Part shown: one piece after another, positions 35,620 through 48,198 of the stretch
How the letters are laid out: each line of letters starts with the position of its first letter
Numbering within the stretch: the stretch's first letter is position 1
Assembly: GCA_973895155.1 (NCBI GenBank)
Contig: OZ316897.1
Span: 15,995,375-16,059,374, forward strand
DNA length: 64,000 nt
Reading direction: 5' to 3'
Source of the DNA: Marsupella aquatica
Lineage: Eukaryota; Plantae; Marchantiophyta
Position numbers and translations under genes: made by a program
Notes under the pieces: generated by a model
Told to the model about the DNA's origin: nothing
Databases searched by the model: none
The model's input: only the letters and a program-made list of their open reading frames with translations

Positions 35620-36410
35620 AGTATTTTGTACAATGATATCTTTCACTCAACAATTTTGTTTTGACACTATCCACGGGGCTATCTGTCTGCAGAAGAGAAG
35701 ACCTGGGCCCTTGATTCTTCTGATGGAATTGTGCTCTAGCATTTGGAAAGAATGCAATGCTGCCAACTACTCTCACTTCTTGGGTCGGCTCCCCGGATAT
35801 ATGGGTGGTTCTTAGATACACTGAGAGGCACTTACGGTCGATGCTGGACATTTGCACTTCTTCTAAGGGAAACAACTCGGAACCACTCTTGGACAAATCC
35901 ACCCAATCCTACAACCCTGGGAGAAAACTGAAAGCCTGGTTGTGCTCAATCCGATTTTTGATGAAGAAGACAACAGTACCTAACAGAGTGACTTTGGGGC
36001 TCTTCCAGGGCCATCACTGGGATCTGTCTGTCACCACTGTGACTAATTACAAGGGCCCCGACTTGACCCTGGCTCACGTTCACAAGAGAAGACAGGACAG
36101 TAGATACAATACTGTGAAAAAATTAGGGCAGTATAGTCATGACCTTAGAAAAAGACGGAGGCAATGTCGTAATGACATGTTCCACCATTGGACTTTGACC
36201 ATTTCCCTTCTTCAGTTGGGTGGTGCTCTCTTGATCCTTGGCCTGATTAGTGGCTTTGCTGGCCTGTTGTTTGCCGTGTGGCCGCGGTCCTCTCTGGGTG
36301 GCTTTCGTCCCCGGGGGGTGTTTTTGGGCTTTGTCCCTCCTGTTTGGAAAAAATTTCAACTCCTAAAAAAAACCAAAAACAAAATAAACCAAACCAAATA
36401 AAATAAAATA
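35620..36410 (+). mobile_element. 5'-truncated L1-type LINE 3' fragment
   Basis: LILLMELCSSIWKECN resembles the IWKERN motif near the C-terminus of plant L1 ORF2. Followed by a T/G-rich UTR-like tract and an A-rich tail at ~36365-36410. Confidence 0.5.
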
Positions 36411-36524
36411 ATTCAACAATATCTTTTGCATCACAATGTATTTCTCAACAACATCTTCAACCAAACAACATCTTTTATGCAACGCACGGGGATTGAAAGG
36501 ATACAGACAGAATGGTCATCTTTG

Positions 36525-36552
36525 CTAAACCCTAAACCCTAAAACACTAAAC
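36525..36552. repeat. Short interstitial plant telomere-like tract
   Basis: ctaaaccctaaaccctaaaacactaaac, i.e. about four CCCTAAA-like units, the last ones degenerate. Confidence 0.7.
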
Positions 36553-36679
36553 TTGAAACCAATAATATTAATAACGTGGGCAGGAACGTGGCGCCAATTT
36601 ATAGAGTGGTCGCCATTCAAATGCAGGGGCATTTTGGGTAAAAGAAACAAAACAGAGAAAAAGACATGCTCCTTCTTTT

Positions 36680-37470
36680 CTTGACTTTTTACTTCATAAC
36701 ATCTTTCACATAACGACAGCTTGGGTGAAATGACACCATTTTTCTTATAACATCTTTTACTTCACGATATCTTTGGCAAAATGACATTTTTTTTCTTAAC
36801 AACATCTTTCAATGACATCTTTGGAAAAATGACTTCATTTTTCTTAACAACATCTTTTTACTTCATGACATCTTTCACATAACAACATTTTGGGCGACAC
36901 GACATCGTTTTTCTTAATAACATCTTTTATGCAACATATGGGGATTTTCCCTGAACGATGTCTTGGCCAACATGCCGTCTTTTCCCTCAACAATGTCTTT
37001 GCCGACACGACAATTTTTTTCTTAACAACATCTTGACCGACACAACACCTTTTTTCTCAACTTCTTGGCCAACACGACACTTTTTTTCTCAACAACTTTT
37101 AGGCCGACACGACATCTTTACTCTCAACGACCTCTTAGTTGGGCCGACATGACATCTTTTCTCTCAACGACCTCTTGGGTGACACGACATCTTTTCTCTC
37201 AATGACCTCTTGGGTGACACAACATCTTTTCTCTCAATGACCTCTTGGGCAACACAACTTCTTTTCTCTCAACGACCTCTTGGGCGACATGACATCTTTA
37301 CTCTCAAAGACCTCTTGGGCGACACAACATCTTTTCTCTCAACGACCTCTTGGGCGACACGACATCTTTTCTCTCCACGACCTTTTGGCCAACACAACAT
37401 CTTTTCTCTCCACGACCTCTTGGCTGACACGACATCATTTTTCCTCAACGACATCTTGCCCGACATGCCT
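36680..37470. repeat. 35-bp minisatellite
   Basis: Consensus GGCGACACGACATCTTTTCTCTCAACGACCTCTTG. Best conserved at 37100-37470 and progressively more degenerate toward 36680. Confidence 0.92.
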
Positions 37471-39661
37471 TCTTTTGTGCAACGCATGGGTATTGAGCTA
37501 GTTGAATAATAAAGGTGTGCTTTACCATCAGACCATGTACCTCGACCTGTGTGGAAAACTTTGCATCCTCCCAGACCTTGAATGTTATATGAGGGTGTGA
37601 CGTACCCCGGGTGTGACTAGGGGTCGAACTCAGTGCACGCAGGTGAGGGCATCATTGGGATGAATCTCAGCCATCAGCAAGGATAGCTGATGTTCCATCT
37701 GAGCCATTTATTAATCTTGTGGAAATTAAACTAGTCCGTGGCATATCACTCAATTTGTTTTTTCAATTGTATTAATATTCTTCTCCATAGTTTATTTGCA
37801 AGGCAGATTGGTCTAAACCAACCACACACCAAACCTCTCCCACACCCAGCTACAGTAGAGAGCGGACTTGACCTAGCTTGAAACCTGGCTGTCCCAACTG
37901 TCTTCCAATCCCCTGGTCACTTGAGCTCGATCGCCAGCCACTGAAATAGTGTATTACTCAATACTTTAGAGGCCCCACTCAATGCTTTGCTAGTCAATAT
38001 CTCAGAATCGTTTGCATTTGGTCAATAATCTTAATTAGATTTCGTGACAAACTACAGTAGCAGATCTAAGATTTTTTAAACATATCTGTCGGTACTTAAG
38101 TGGAACCCTTGTTAACCCAACTTTTTCAGATTACAAGCAAATTTCGCGGTGAACTTCTGGTGATCCTTAATCAGACCACAAAAGCAGTCGAGTGGGGGAG
38201 CTTTAATTTACCAGCAAAGGCCAAAAGCAATCTCAAGGTTTTGGAACATTCCTTCGGAGCTTTCGGAGTGAAACGTCTGTCTGGAACGATAGTTGCTGCT
38301 GATGAGTCTGGCGAAATCAAAGAGGGTCCATACAAATGGGATCTTAATTCATCAGTAGCGGATAAATCAATCCACCTTCAGACGAAGTCGTACGTAATGC
38401 AGTGGCCTGAGTGAGTGTTGCAAGAGACGCTGCTGCTGTTGTTTGCACCAAGGTCTCTTGCATGACTGGGTGGTGGAATCATGGCGTGCATGCATTTAAC
38501 AGTCGGATAGTCGGATTGCCACCAGAGTCTCTCAGACGACGACACAGAAGGACTTATTGCGCGTAATTGTGTCTTATTATCGCATTCGTTTGTCGAGTAT
38601 GGATTCTCAAGTTCACTTCCCCTCTATGTTACTTGATGACAGAGGTAAGAGGGACAGACCATTGTCGTGATCTTCGTGACGGCTTGCACACCAGAGAATA
38701 CAATTTGTTGGGATCTGGCCAACGCCATCACCTCCTCGCTTGGGTGGTTTCTGAGTGATAGTTACGATGCACGCAAGCATATATCGGGCTAGCCGGCCGC
38801 CTTTGTCCGTCGTACGGACCTCGACTCTGAAGGGAACGAAAGGAATATGGAATAGTCGAATGGATTGTACATAACAACGCTCGGGTACAGAGGGTCTGGT
38901 ACAAGAGACAGGCCGATCACTCGTGTACTGAGGATTGTTGCGTAGCAGCCCAGCATACCAAACATAGAGCGTGCTCCCCCTCATGAGCGTCCGGCCCCCT
39001 CAGCCAAGCAAATCAGCGAGGCTGTACTGACGAATTTCTTACTGTAGGTGCCACCTTCGCATTTCGTCGCCTGTACGCCAATAGAAATTCCCCTCTGAAA
39101 AGGAGACAAACACTCCAGGGCATTCCTCAAAAACTAGTCAGTATCGATGGAACGTCTTCACTTGAAGGAAAGACTCTCACAAAATGATTAAGCTTGTGGA
39201 GAGTCTTCGTGAGCAATCATTCAGGCCTGATGAAGATCATTGAGTAATGCGCGCAGGGGTGGGGCAAGGATGTGTGCGGTTTGTATAGAAGACCGGCTTC
39301 CAGAAGCCGGAGTTGATTTTGTGATTCACGAAACTGACTGGCATTTCAGGTACAAGTTGGTGCAGCTGCTGGAGTTGAAGTCGGAGTACCACTGTCGGTG
39401 AATTGTGAACTAAAAGGGTCGAGCTAGGACCGAGAAAAGTGTGTACTCTCTGGACATCCGTATACAGAACTTGATCTATACTGAGCGTTTGAAGATGGTA
39501 CTAAGTTTGGAGCAGATGACTTAGGTTTTCAAGGATCGCAGTGTTGCAGATTGTTAGCTATCTGGGAGGACCAGTTGTCAGAGGAGCGGCTGGCCCAGAG
39601 CTTGTTTGAACCATTACGTCCACAGGTAATCGTTCCAGTGTATATAACTATCGATTGCACG

Positions 39662-40192
39662 ATGGGGAACGTGCTCAACTATTGTCTGGTGCAGCAAGAG
39701 ACGTCAATACGTGTGATGCGACCCGATGGAGATGTGATGGAATTCGATCGGACACTGGTAGCCAAGCAGCTAATGAAAACGTACCCGGGGCATGTGGTGG
39801 TGCACTGTTCGCAGGTGTCTCGCACCTCCGGACTGGGAGAGCGCAGCAAAGTCTCGATGTTGGAAGCTGGCGATACACTCCAACTGGGCCAGACGTACTG
39901 CCTTCTTCGGGTGCCTTCCCAGCGTAGGAGAGTCACGCCAGGCATGACAAATCGCAACTCCAACGGAGACCTTGATGCACCCCAGATTGATCAGCAACTT
40001 CTGTACCGGGCTCCCACGATGGCCGATCTGCAGCAGCAACAGTTCGGTGGGCCATGGAGGCCTCACTTAGCCGCCATCATTGAGAGCCCTCTCCACCCGC
40101 GGGGTCATAGTCTCACCTTGTCGCCATTGGCCCGCCAAGCTAGATACAGCCCGTTGAGAGTCGGCTCTTCTAATCACTCTCTGGCATCTTGA
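39662..40192 (+). CDS. DUF4228 / PADRE-domain protein, 176 aa, intronless CDS
   Basis: MGNVLNYC...IRVMRPDGDVMEF..LVAKQLMKTYPGHVVVH...LEAGDTLQLGQTYCLL, then C-terminal WRPHLAAIIE. First ATG of the ORF is at 39662. Confidence 0.9.
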   Translation: MGNVLNYCLVQQETSIRVMRPDGDVMEFDRTLVAKQLMKTYPGHVVVHCSQVSRTSGLGERSKVSMLEAGDTLQLGQTYCLLRVPSQRRRVTPGMTNRNSNGDLDAPQIDQQLLYRAPTMADLQQQQFGGPWRPHLAAIIESPLHPRGHSLTLSPLARQARYSPLRVGSSNHSLAS

Positions 40193-42489
40193 CCATGAGA
40201 TATAGCGGATACCTCGTCTACAAGTAACCATGCAACAGATTTTCAACATCACTGTACATTCCGACTTTGGGAAAATCGTTCACCCCGACGTTGAATTGTA
40301 TTTTGTACATCGAATTGATGATCATAATTCCCTTCAGTGGTTGGCCCCCAGATCGATCGGGTCCGGGGATTCAATGGATCGCTACTAGCTAAGTCGCCAG
40401 TGCATGCGTGCTTGTATATATTGCTGGCGAGAAGCTCCAGGGCCCCGCCTAGTTTTGACTACCAGCTAGCATTTCCATACGGACTCAATTCCGCAGTTGC
40501 CCAACAGCAGGTCAGCACTATCTGCACGGGACAAGGAAATTGGATCCCGCTCAGACAGTTATGAAGGATTGGAGCCACTCATCATCGGCCCTCGCCCAAA
40601 ACGCTGTGTTTTAACGTACGTAAACTTTTGGTGGGTCAATTGAGAAGGCTGTGCACCACCAGAAATTAAAGGGCAGCAGGTAGAACTTGATGACTGCGCT
40701 TCAGTTGTTATCTCTTGGATCAGCATTATTTTGTTGAGCTTATGTGACGAGTTCGATCGATTGTTTCCGACATGGCCGCTACCTTGAATTCAGTTCAGAT
40801 GATCGAGTTGATGCCTCGATCAATTGTGCGCTCAAAGAGGCTAGGAATCACCAGCCAGCAGGCAGACTCAGATTGGAGAATGCACATCATTTATGTACCA
40901 GAATTAGAGAGCAGTGAGTCATAGTAACAAAGTTCTTACCAAATTCGGTCTATGACGTCCCATCGGCGCAATAGACGACCGATAGACAATTAGGCATACC
41001 TTAGAGCAGCTGAGTTTTCAGGGCATTTGCAGTTGTGATCGAGATGAGTGAGTGGCCAACTGTTACGTAGCCACGGTGAAGTATTGGCTTTTCCAAAGTA
41101 GTTGGATCAATTGCCCCATCCGCAGTCAAAGAGTGATCGCAATTATGCATTGTAATCTGGAACTCTAGAGTTTTTAGCGGCTTTGCAAATCATTAAATGC
41201 GTCAAATAATTATCCACCTGGGTCCTAGCCTTAAAGGCTGTGCTTTGGATCGATCTTTGCTCTTTACTGTAGGAGGTCAGCTGTTCTTCCGGGCCAGCAG
41301 TTCTTCCGGGTCAGCAGATCTCCCGGGCTGCACTACTGGGGCTGCCTAGCTCTAGAAAAATAGAATAGGCAACTATTTGAGACGCACTGTACTTATTTTG
41401 TAGCGATCATTACAGAAAGGTGCAGGGTCCCGTACCCTGTCAATTACAGTTACACAAGAGTTTATGACAAAATGTAGACAAAATGTAGACAAAAGGCAGA
41501 GTCTGCTGTATGATTAGACCGGATTCACCGCCGGACACTTTAATTGCTCGACAAAGCTCACAATTGATCAACCGACGGAGGTTGAAATCATGTGAATGTC
41601 TTCATTCGTCTCGATGTTTACAGTAGGAGTTGTTTTGAACTATTGTCTGCTTCGGTTATTTCGATGGAATCTGGAGTCCCTCCCAATGCTCCTCGTCTGT
41701 GTCTGGATAAAGCATTTCGACGGGTGAAGTTTCACAAGACATGTGTAAGCATCATTTCTTATGAAAAGGATTCCTTGACTTGTCAAGGATGCAGGGTGCA
41801 TGGGAGAGATTGCAATGCTTTGACCACCACCTCTTCTACCCGATTGCTTTCGAGGTCTTTCGGGGTCTTCACTCTATATTTTATATGTGTTAATTGTGTA
41901 AAGCACAGCCATATCCGACAGCTGCTGCCCTTTGTGTTGGGCCATACTCATTGGCTTCTTTATGTTGCACGAAGACTGAGGGCTCACACATTTACTATTC
42001 TTTCTAGGGCCAATGTTTTTAGGACTTCTAGAACAATTCCTCACTCTGACCCCTCCTCTGCTCGTTATTCCATAACTCTGCTCTTTATTCCAGAACTCTA
42101 CAATGCTTTTCAATTTTTTGCTCAATAAAGCTTTAGTTGGTTTGCACACTTTTTGACACTTTTTCTTGGATTTTCTGTGTTTTCTCCCTGTTATCGGGTC
42201 CCAGGTCTTTGGGATAGCCTCTCCCAGTTAGGCTTTTTAGGTTGATTAATTCACAGAATCTTCTGTAGGTATTTACCCTGCCTAAACACTACCTATAGAC
42301 TCAAATGTTACCAAAGTAGCTTAATCAATCATGTTAGTCCCTGCAAAGAGCTCCTCATGAGCTTCATAATGATGATTTGTATGCTGCCACCACAGTACAC
42401 ATGAGAATGGCCAAGTGCCTTTGGTTCAATGACAAGCTCACTTAATATTGCAAACTTGGGTCAGGATTGAAACTTGTTGGCAACTACCT

Positions 42490-42614
42490 GTTGCACAAAT
42501 GTTTTTTTTAAAGCACATCATGCACTTTATATGCAAAAGTGCACATGACAACTGCTGCACACAAATGTTTTTCTTAAAGTACACCATGCACTTTATACGC
42601 AAAAGTGCACATGA
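42490..42614. repeat. ~63-bp tandem duplication
   Basis: cacaaatgttttt.ttaaag.aca.catgcactttata.gcaaaagtgcacatga occurs twice. Confidence 0.85.
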
Positions 42615-43934
42615 TTGGAGCAGCAAAAACCAGTACCCCATGAGGAACATACAAGCTGTCAGGCAGTAGCGGACCACCCAAGCCAGGAAATCTGGATGAG
42701 TGTCCCTAGAAAACTCATCTATTGGTGTATGTCTTCACACTTTTGAATGCTACCTAGGGTGAGCATATCCACGTAACTGAGATTTCTCGACACTAGTCTT
42801 CCTAACAACCATAGCCTGACAATAGTAGACTTCATTGTGGCAAGTGAGGAAGTGAGTTCAAGCTTCATAAGTCAACAATCCTTTTTGCTCAAAACTTAAT
42901 TCCATATTAGTGGAGGTCACCAATTAAAGCCCTTTGGGTATAAAATATTTGACACTTCGAAAAATTGGAGGTCACTCTCTTGTCATTTAAACAAAATAGG
43001 GCAGGCAAGCGGCATCTAAGACTAAGTGTGGCCCAAGAGGTTGTAATAGATGAGTTTTCCAGGAAGTGTCAACCTCTACCCTGCACCCAAAGCCCTGGGA
43101 AGCCAAGTCACTAACGGGCAGTATCGGGTCACTAACCAGAGAAATCAGTAGTGAACTCTAACGCATAGTATACATCTGCACCTTTTCTCTCCCATGGCAC
43201 AAGATATGCTTGGTCCCCGACAACCCTAAATCTTGGTAGCCTTTGATGTCTCCGGAGAGTCTCTCACTTCAATCTATTCATTAAAAGTGAATTGTTATTC
43301 ATTTTATGAACATTTGGGCAATAGAAAGTGTACATTTGGTTTTTTTAAACTATACATTTGGACAAAAAATAAAGGTGATGGCCATCAGACGTACCACCAT
43401 GTCCACCCTTTGTAAATGAACTAGTATGAGACTCCTTCTAGTAAAGATCCTTTTTACCCCCTCAAGTTTACAATTGACCATTTGGACGTAAAGTACTATA
43501 CTATAGTGTACCTTTTGGGGTTTTAAAATGTATATTTAGACTGAGACCAAAAAGTTAACATTTAGAGACCTGAAAGTGAACAAAATAAAATACACTTTTA
43601 ATGAAATGGTGCAATTGCATATATCATTAGTGGCTTGCCCCTTGTCATCTGTGGCTTCTCCCGCCTGATATATCCAGCATTTCCCCTGGCTAGCCTATGG
43701 ATGGATGGACAGATGGAACTAATGTGCCCGTAAAACCTCACTAGCTCAAGAAAGAGAATGTGTAAAATCAGGATTTGTCCAAATGAGTGTCAAGCAACAA
43801 AATGTGGGCCAATTGATCCTGTTGACATATTTGCACCTAGTGGCACACAGTGACTCCTGCTTGTGCCTTTGAGCGTTGGGTTTATTGGTCAATTTTCTCA
43901 AGGGTTCTCAATGGCCAGGCCTAACGTTGTGTTG

Positions 43935-44052
43935 AAGAATATCTTAAAGCTTTCCTAAAGTTGTCTAAAAGAATATCTTAAAGCTCCCCTAAAGTTGTGT
44001 AAAAGAATACCTTAAAGCTCCCCTAAAGTTGTGTAAAAGAATATCATAAAGT
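43935..44052. repeat. ~33-bp tandem repeat, about 3.5 copies
   Basis: aagaatatcttaaagctcccctaaagttgtgtaa units. Confidence 0.85.
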
Positions 44053-46073
44053 TCATTTTACAAGGGCTTTGTGAGATACAATTCTCTGAGCCCCAGTGCA
44101 ATGGAGATGGCTATATATATCAGCAGTCTGGTTAAATACGAAACTTTACTGAACAGATATAATTTCCATGGTCCAGGTGGAAGTGCAGAAACGATAATAT
44201 TTTATTACTTTCAACGTTTCCCTTCTTAATTTTTGCAAAAACATTACTGCATCTGCCCACATCTCGTATGTGAAGCGATGAACCATTTTTAAAAATTTCT
44301 GACAAAACCTTGCCGAGCATTTGGGGCACATTTAGTTATCTCTGAATGTGCCCCAAGTGCAATTTCCAATGTATTCCAGCAAAGTTACCAAGCAAAGGAG
44401 CAGAATTTGCAATTTCCAATGTATTGCAGCAGGGTTACCAAGGCCGGAGCAGGTGGGGGGTGGGCGGCTAAGTTACCCAGCTCACACACCAGTCAAGTCA
44501 CAGTTGTAATAGCTCCAGGCGAGGTGAATGGTAATTATGGGCACATATATACGAGACCCCATCTCTTGGAAATTGTGGCAGCGTTCAGAACAACTTGACA
44601 ACGTGGGGAGTAACAAGTAACACCTAGATGTCAATTTAGCTCAGACGCCAAGCACAGCAATAGACCTGCAGCCCAGAAAAAAGCGAAACTGAAAGTGAAA
44701 GACAGTAATAAGAACAAAATCGATCTAAGCACTCTTGAGCACTTTGATGAATGCAATGATCTTGAATGCTTGTGTGGGCCACAATAGAATTGTTGCAATT
44801 CGTGCCTAGACTGCAATCCTTCTCAGAAATTGTCATCTTCATTCGAGACTTATCTGGACGATGCAATCAGATACATGACTGGCCTCGAATTAGTGCAAAC
44901 AGGTAGACTTTCCACTTTTGAGCTTCATCAAATGAACTCATTCAAACCCGTCGCAGATTTCGTAACCGCCAGTTTCGAAACTGTTTCATGGAAAACCTCC
45001 CCTCAAATAGCGACAAACTGGATGGCTACATTTTCACTACAGCTCTATCTAGCCCTTGTCCCTACCATTGCAAATCCTTCACATGGTAGATTCATCCACT
45101 CCACGGCACGTTTTCCTACTCTCAACCTCCAAAGTCACTTAATAATTAAGATGTCCCTTCAAACTATATACATGGCGAGTTGAGAAAACACCAAGTAGAA
45201 AAGGTGTTCCATACTCATCATAGCGTCAAAGGAGAAATAAAAGGAACAATGGAGCACTGGACAAGAAAACAGGATTTTCAACGTGTCTGAGTTCTCTGAA
45301 TTCACACTACATACAAGATGAAGATGAAGACCCGTCCACCAAATGAGTGAGAGCAACTCTCACCTGTCAACATTTTCCGGAGCAACTATATATTTAACCA
45401 TGAAACTGTTCTCTCCTCTTGATGAAAGCAGTCTACAGCTGTAGTTACCCCCTTCTTTGAACTTCATTCTAACTATGAAAGAGGGCCAAGAACGGTGAAC
45501 CTAACCTAGCATTAGTGACTTTTAACAACTTTGAAAACGTACATCAACCATGAGCAGCATTAGCTGTGGACCACATAGATGGTTCATTGAATTCCTAGTG
45601 TATATCAGCTATGAAATGCTCGCCTCCCTCCAAAAAGTTTAAAGAAGACACTGAATGTCAACTGTGTAACGAAATTATACATGCCCACAATGAGAAACAT
45701 AAGCTGCGGACTGGAGAGATGGTTCTGTGAGTTCCTGATGCATGTCTAAATCCCGACTAAGCAAATGGTCTATCTCCTTTCAAAACGCTTCGACTACTGC
45801 CAGGACTTGGTACAATCTTGGTCTGCACAACGTAACCTCCCAAGCCATGCCTGTCTCTCGTCCTTTCTACCCGAAGCCTTCAAAACTGCTAGTTCCTCGA
45901 GGGGTTTGATTATGTCCATCAAGTATTTCTACTGGAAAAAGGTTGTCATGGTATTACAGCACAGTGCAGCCAGGCCCTTGAAGAAATGATCAGACAATCA
46001 GAGAAGTATGCCCATCCTCACGCGCTTGGATATATGATCAGTTGGTCAATATCATGACTGCGTTCATAAATGT

Positions 46074-47243
46074 CTATCGTCCTCTCCCTCTCCCTCTCCC
46101 ACTTCCTCTCCCTCTTCTTCCGTGGAAGCCAATCCACGTATGGCTCTCCGGGTAAAGCTCTTCAAGGCTTGCATGCTGATGGATTTCCGAGACATCTGCT
46201 AGATTCACATAGTCGGACGAGAATTTGCCCTTCTTAACAGCATCCGAGTCAGACCACAAAGCACGGCAATATATGCAAGTAGTTTGGCCTCCAGAAGAAC
46301 TTTTGCTCCGGCTCCATTTCTCGAAACAGTCCCTGTGCACATTGTTTCCACAAACCCTACAGAAGACTACCGGCTCCTTTGCCTTGCCGCTCCTATCATC
46401 CATTCCCTCGTAGCAAATCGGACAGTCCCCACTGATCTCCCTCTGGATGGTCTTGGATGGAGTCACAGCTGAGCCTTCTTCCAATTTCCCAGAGCTCCTC
46501 TGGATTTCCTGAAATCTCTGTCGCACACTCTGGCTGGCGAGCACACCATCACTAGTGGCCGAAATTTCCAGAAGCTCTTTCAGCTCAGAAGTGAGTAGAG
46601 CCTTCTGCCATACCCTGGGATCACGCTTGTCCAGCTTGAGCACCCTCAACATGACGAAAAGAATATGTTTACAGAGCCCGCTCCGAGGAAAGTCAGGGCA
46701 CGTACATAAGGGCCGTTGCTGCAGCTTGACCTCGTAGACATTCCCCGTGGACCCAAGGACATTAAAATGACAAGCAGTGGGCGAATTCGGGTCCTCGCCC
46801 ACAAGCTTCTTGTCAATCAGGTACAGACGGTGTTGAAAAGCTCGCGTGATTCGTTCACTTGTGGCGGTACTTGGCGATGCAATGTACCTTGCCAGACGTT
46901 TCTCTGGCTTCTCCTTTTTTGTCGACGATTCAGGTTTATTTCTCTTTGCTGCCTTTGCTACCACCGGAGTAGTAGAGCTGGGGTCTGATGCTGTTGCCGT
47001 TGATGATTTGCGGGCCCTCTTCTGTTGGGGTGTGGTAGAGGTAACTGCTGAGGAAGGCCCGGCTCCCAATACTGATCCAGTAGAAGTGGAGGCTGCCTTC
47101 CGTTTCGATGCACCCGGAGCACGAGGACGTCCTACAGAACCAGCAATCGAGGGTGCTCCTCCGGTGACAGGAGGCTTCTTTCTGCTGCGAGTAACTGCCG
47201 GTGAAGTTGCAGCAGAGTTGCCAACCACTACCGCTCTCGACAT
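46074..47243 (-). CDS. SWIM zinc finger plus RING-type finger protein (MEKK1/ZSWIM2-like module, putative E3 ligase), 389 aa
   Basis: FNVLGSTGNVYEV..CTCPDF....LCKHILFV (SWIM). CPICYE...FCRVCGNNVHRDCFEKW...CIYCR (RING variant). Basic disordered N-terminus and RG-repeat tail. First ATG 47243; candidate 5'UTR intron acceptor at 47334. Confidence 0.92.
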   Translation of the reverse strand: MSRAVVVGNSAATSPAVTRSRKKPPVTGGAPSIAGSVGRPRAPGASKRKAASTSTGSVLGAGPSSAVTSTTPQQKRARKSSTATASDPSSTTPVVAKAAKRNKPESSTKKEKPEKRLARYIASPSTATSERITRAFQHRLYLIDKKLVGEDPNSPTACHFNVLGSTGNVYEVKLQQRPLCTCPDFPRSGLCKHILFVMLRVLKLDKRDPRVWQKALLTSELKELLEISATSDGVLASQSVRQRFQEIQRSSGKLEEGSAVTPSKTIQREISGDCPICYEGMDDRSGKAKEPVVFCRVCGNNVHRDCFEKWSRSKSSSGGQTTCIYCRALWSDSDAVKKGKFSSDYVNLADVSEIHQHASLEELYPESHTWIGFHGRRGRGSGRGRGRGR

Positions 47244-48159
47244 CTTCTTCCTCTGTCCTGCTTCTCTTACGAGTGGATCATCGGTGAGCAATGATGCGAA
47301 CTGGCTGGTGAATTGAAGACCCTCTCTGGAAACCTAGCAAACATGCATATAGGCGCACAGCTTAACATTCTTTTCCATGATTGTTTGAATGAAACAGTTT
47401 CCAATTGAGTAATGACTACGGTTCTTTTTAATGTATCCAACTGTGCAGATTACAATTCCCTGACTATAAGAGTAATGGACTATGAACCGCCTCTTGGAAG
47501 TCACAGAAATTAACCGACTCTTGGAGTTCACGGTCCTCATAGAAGAAAAACAAGACTTAATCAAACGGAATGAAGAAATAAAGCACGTCGCTCTCCTCTC
47601 ATCCTTTTTCTCTGGAACATTTGGAGCATAGCAATTACAACATGCGTCCGACAGGGAAGGCAAAAGGGGGACAGTCAAGAAACCGTTGGACGGCAAGTTC
47701 TACCTCACAACTCAATTATTGATATGGTCGAAGAGACATTCTCAGAACGTAAGGCCAATGTAGAAGAGTCAAGCGGAAACAAGTGGCGCAGAGAGTTACC
47801 TGCACAAAAGGCCATAAGGAAGGTTAGGGCAAACGCCAATTTCACAAAGCAGAGGCATAACCATCGAGACAGCAATTGATGACCACCCACATGGGCAGAA
47901 CGAGGGGTTTCCAAAAACGAAAGACCCACTCGAGAACCAGAAGGCGCTACAGACGTCGACACAAACTGCATTGTTCTTCCCATTGCAGCTAACCAACGAC
48001 ACGAAGTAGAACGTGACAGTATTGGGCTACCTTCAATGCTTTCAGACCGCAAGCGGAAGGTCCACCATACGAACTCCGAATTTGTGTTCCTGCTAGACAA
48101 TCTGTCGAGACAGCAAGACGGTTCCTGGATTGATTAACAGTCCCCACAAAAGTACCGGC

Positions 48160-48198
48160 AAAACAAAGCAAAGCAAAACAAAACAAAACAAAACAAAA
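48160..48198. repeat. (AAAAC/AAAGC)n microsatellite in the probable 5' leader of the SWIM-RING gene
   Basis: aaaacaaagcaaagcaaaacaaaacaaaacaaaacaaaa. Confidence 0.9.

Larger units (their letters stand above)
34766..37501 (+). mobile_element. Probable non-autonomous Helitron(s); 5' boundary uncertain
   Basis: 3' end gtgcaacgcatggg-tattgag-CTAG|T at 37477-37502 fits the hairpin+CTRR Helitron terminus, with the left arm apparently C>T decayed. Candidate 5' end A|TCCTATACTATAAT at 34766. A related 5'-like segment lies at ~36560-36625. Confidence 0.5.

Noticed and set aside
36680-37470. Regular 35-bp repeats (also 59010-59550 and 520-688) as a CRISPR array
   Set aside because: Head-to-tail units with no unique spacers, no cas genes, eukaryotic context.
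38100-38414. 104-aa ORF with a good acceptor (tttttcag) as an orphan exon
   Set aside because: No recognisable domain or partner exons; cannot be supported without RNA data.
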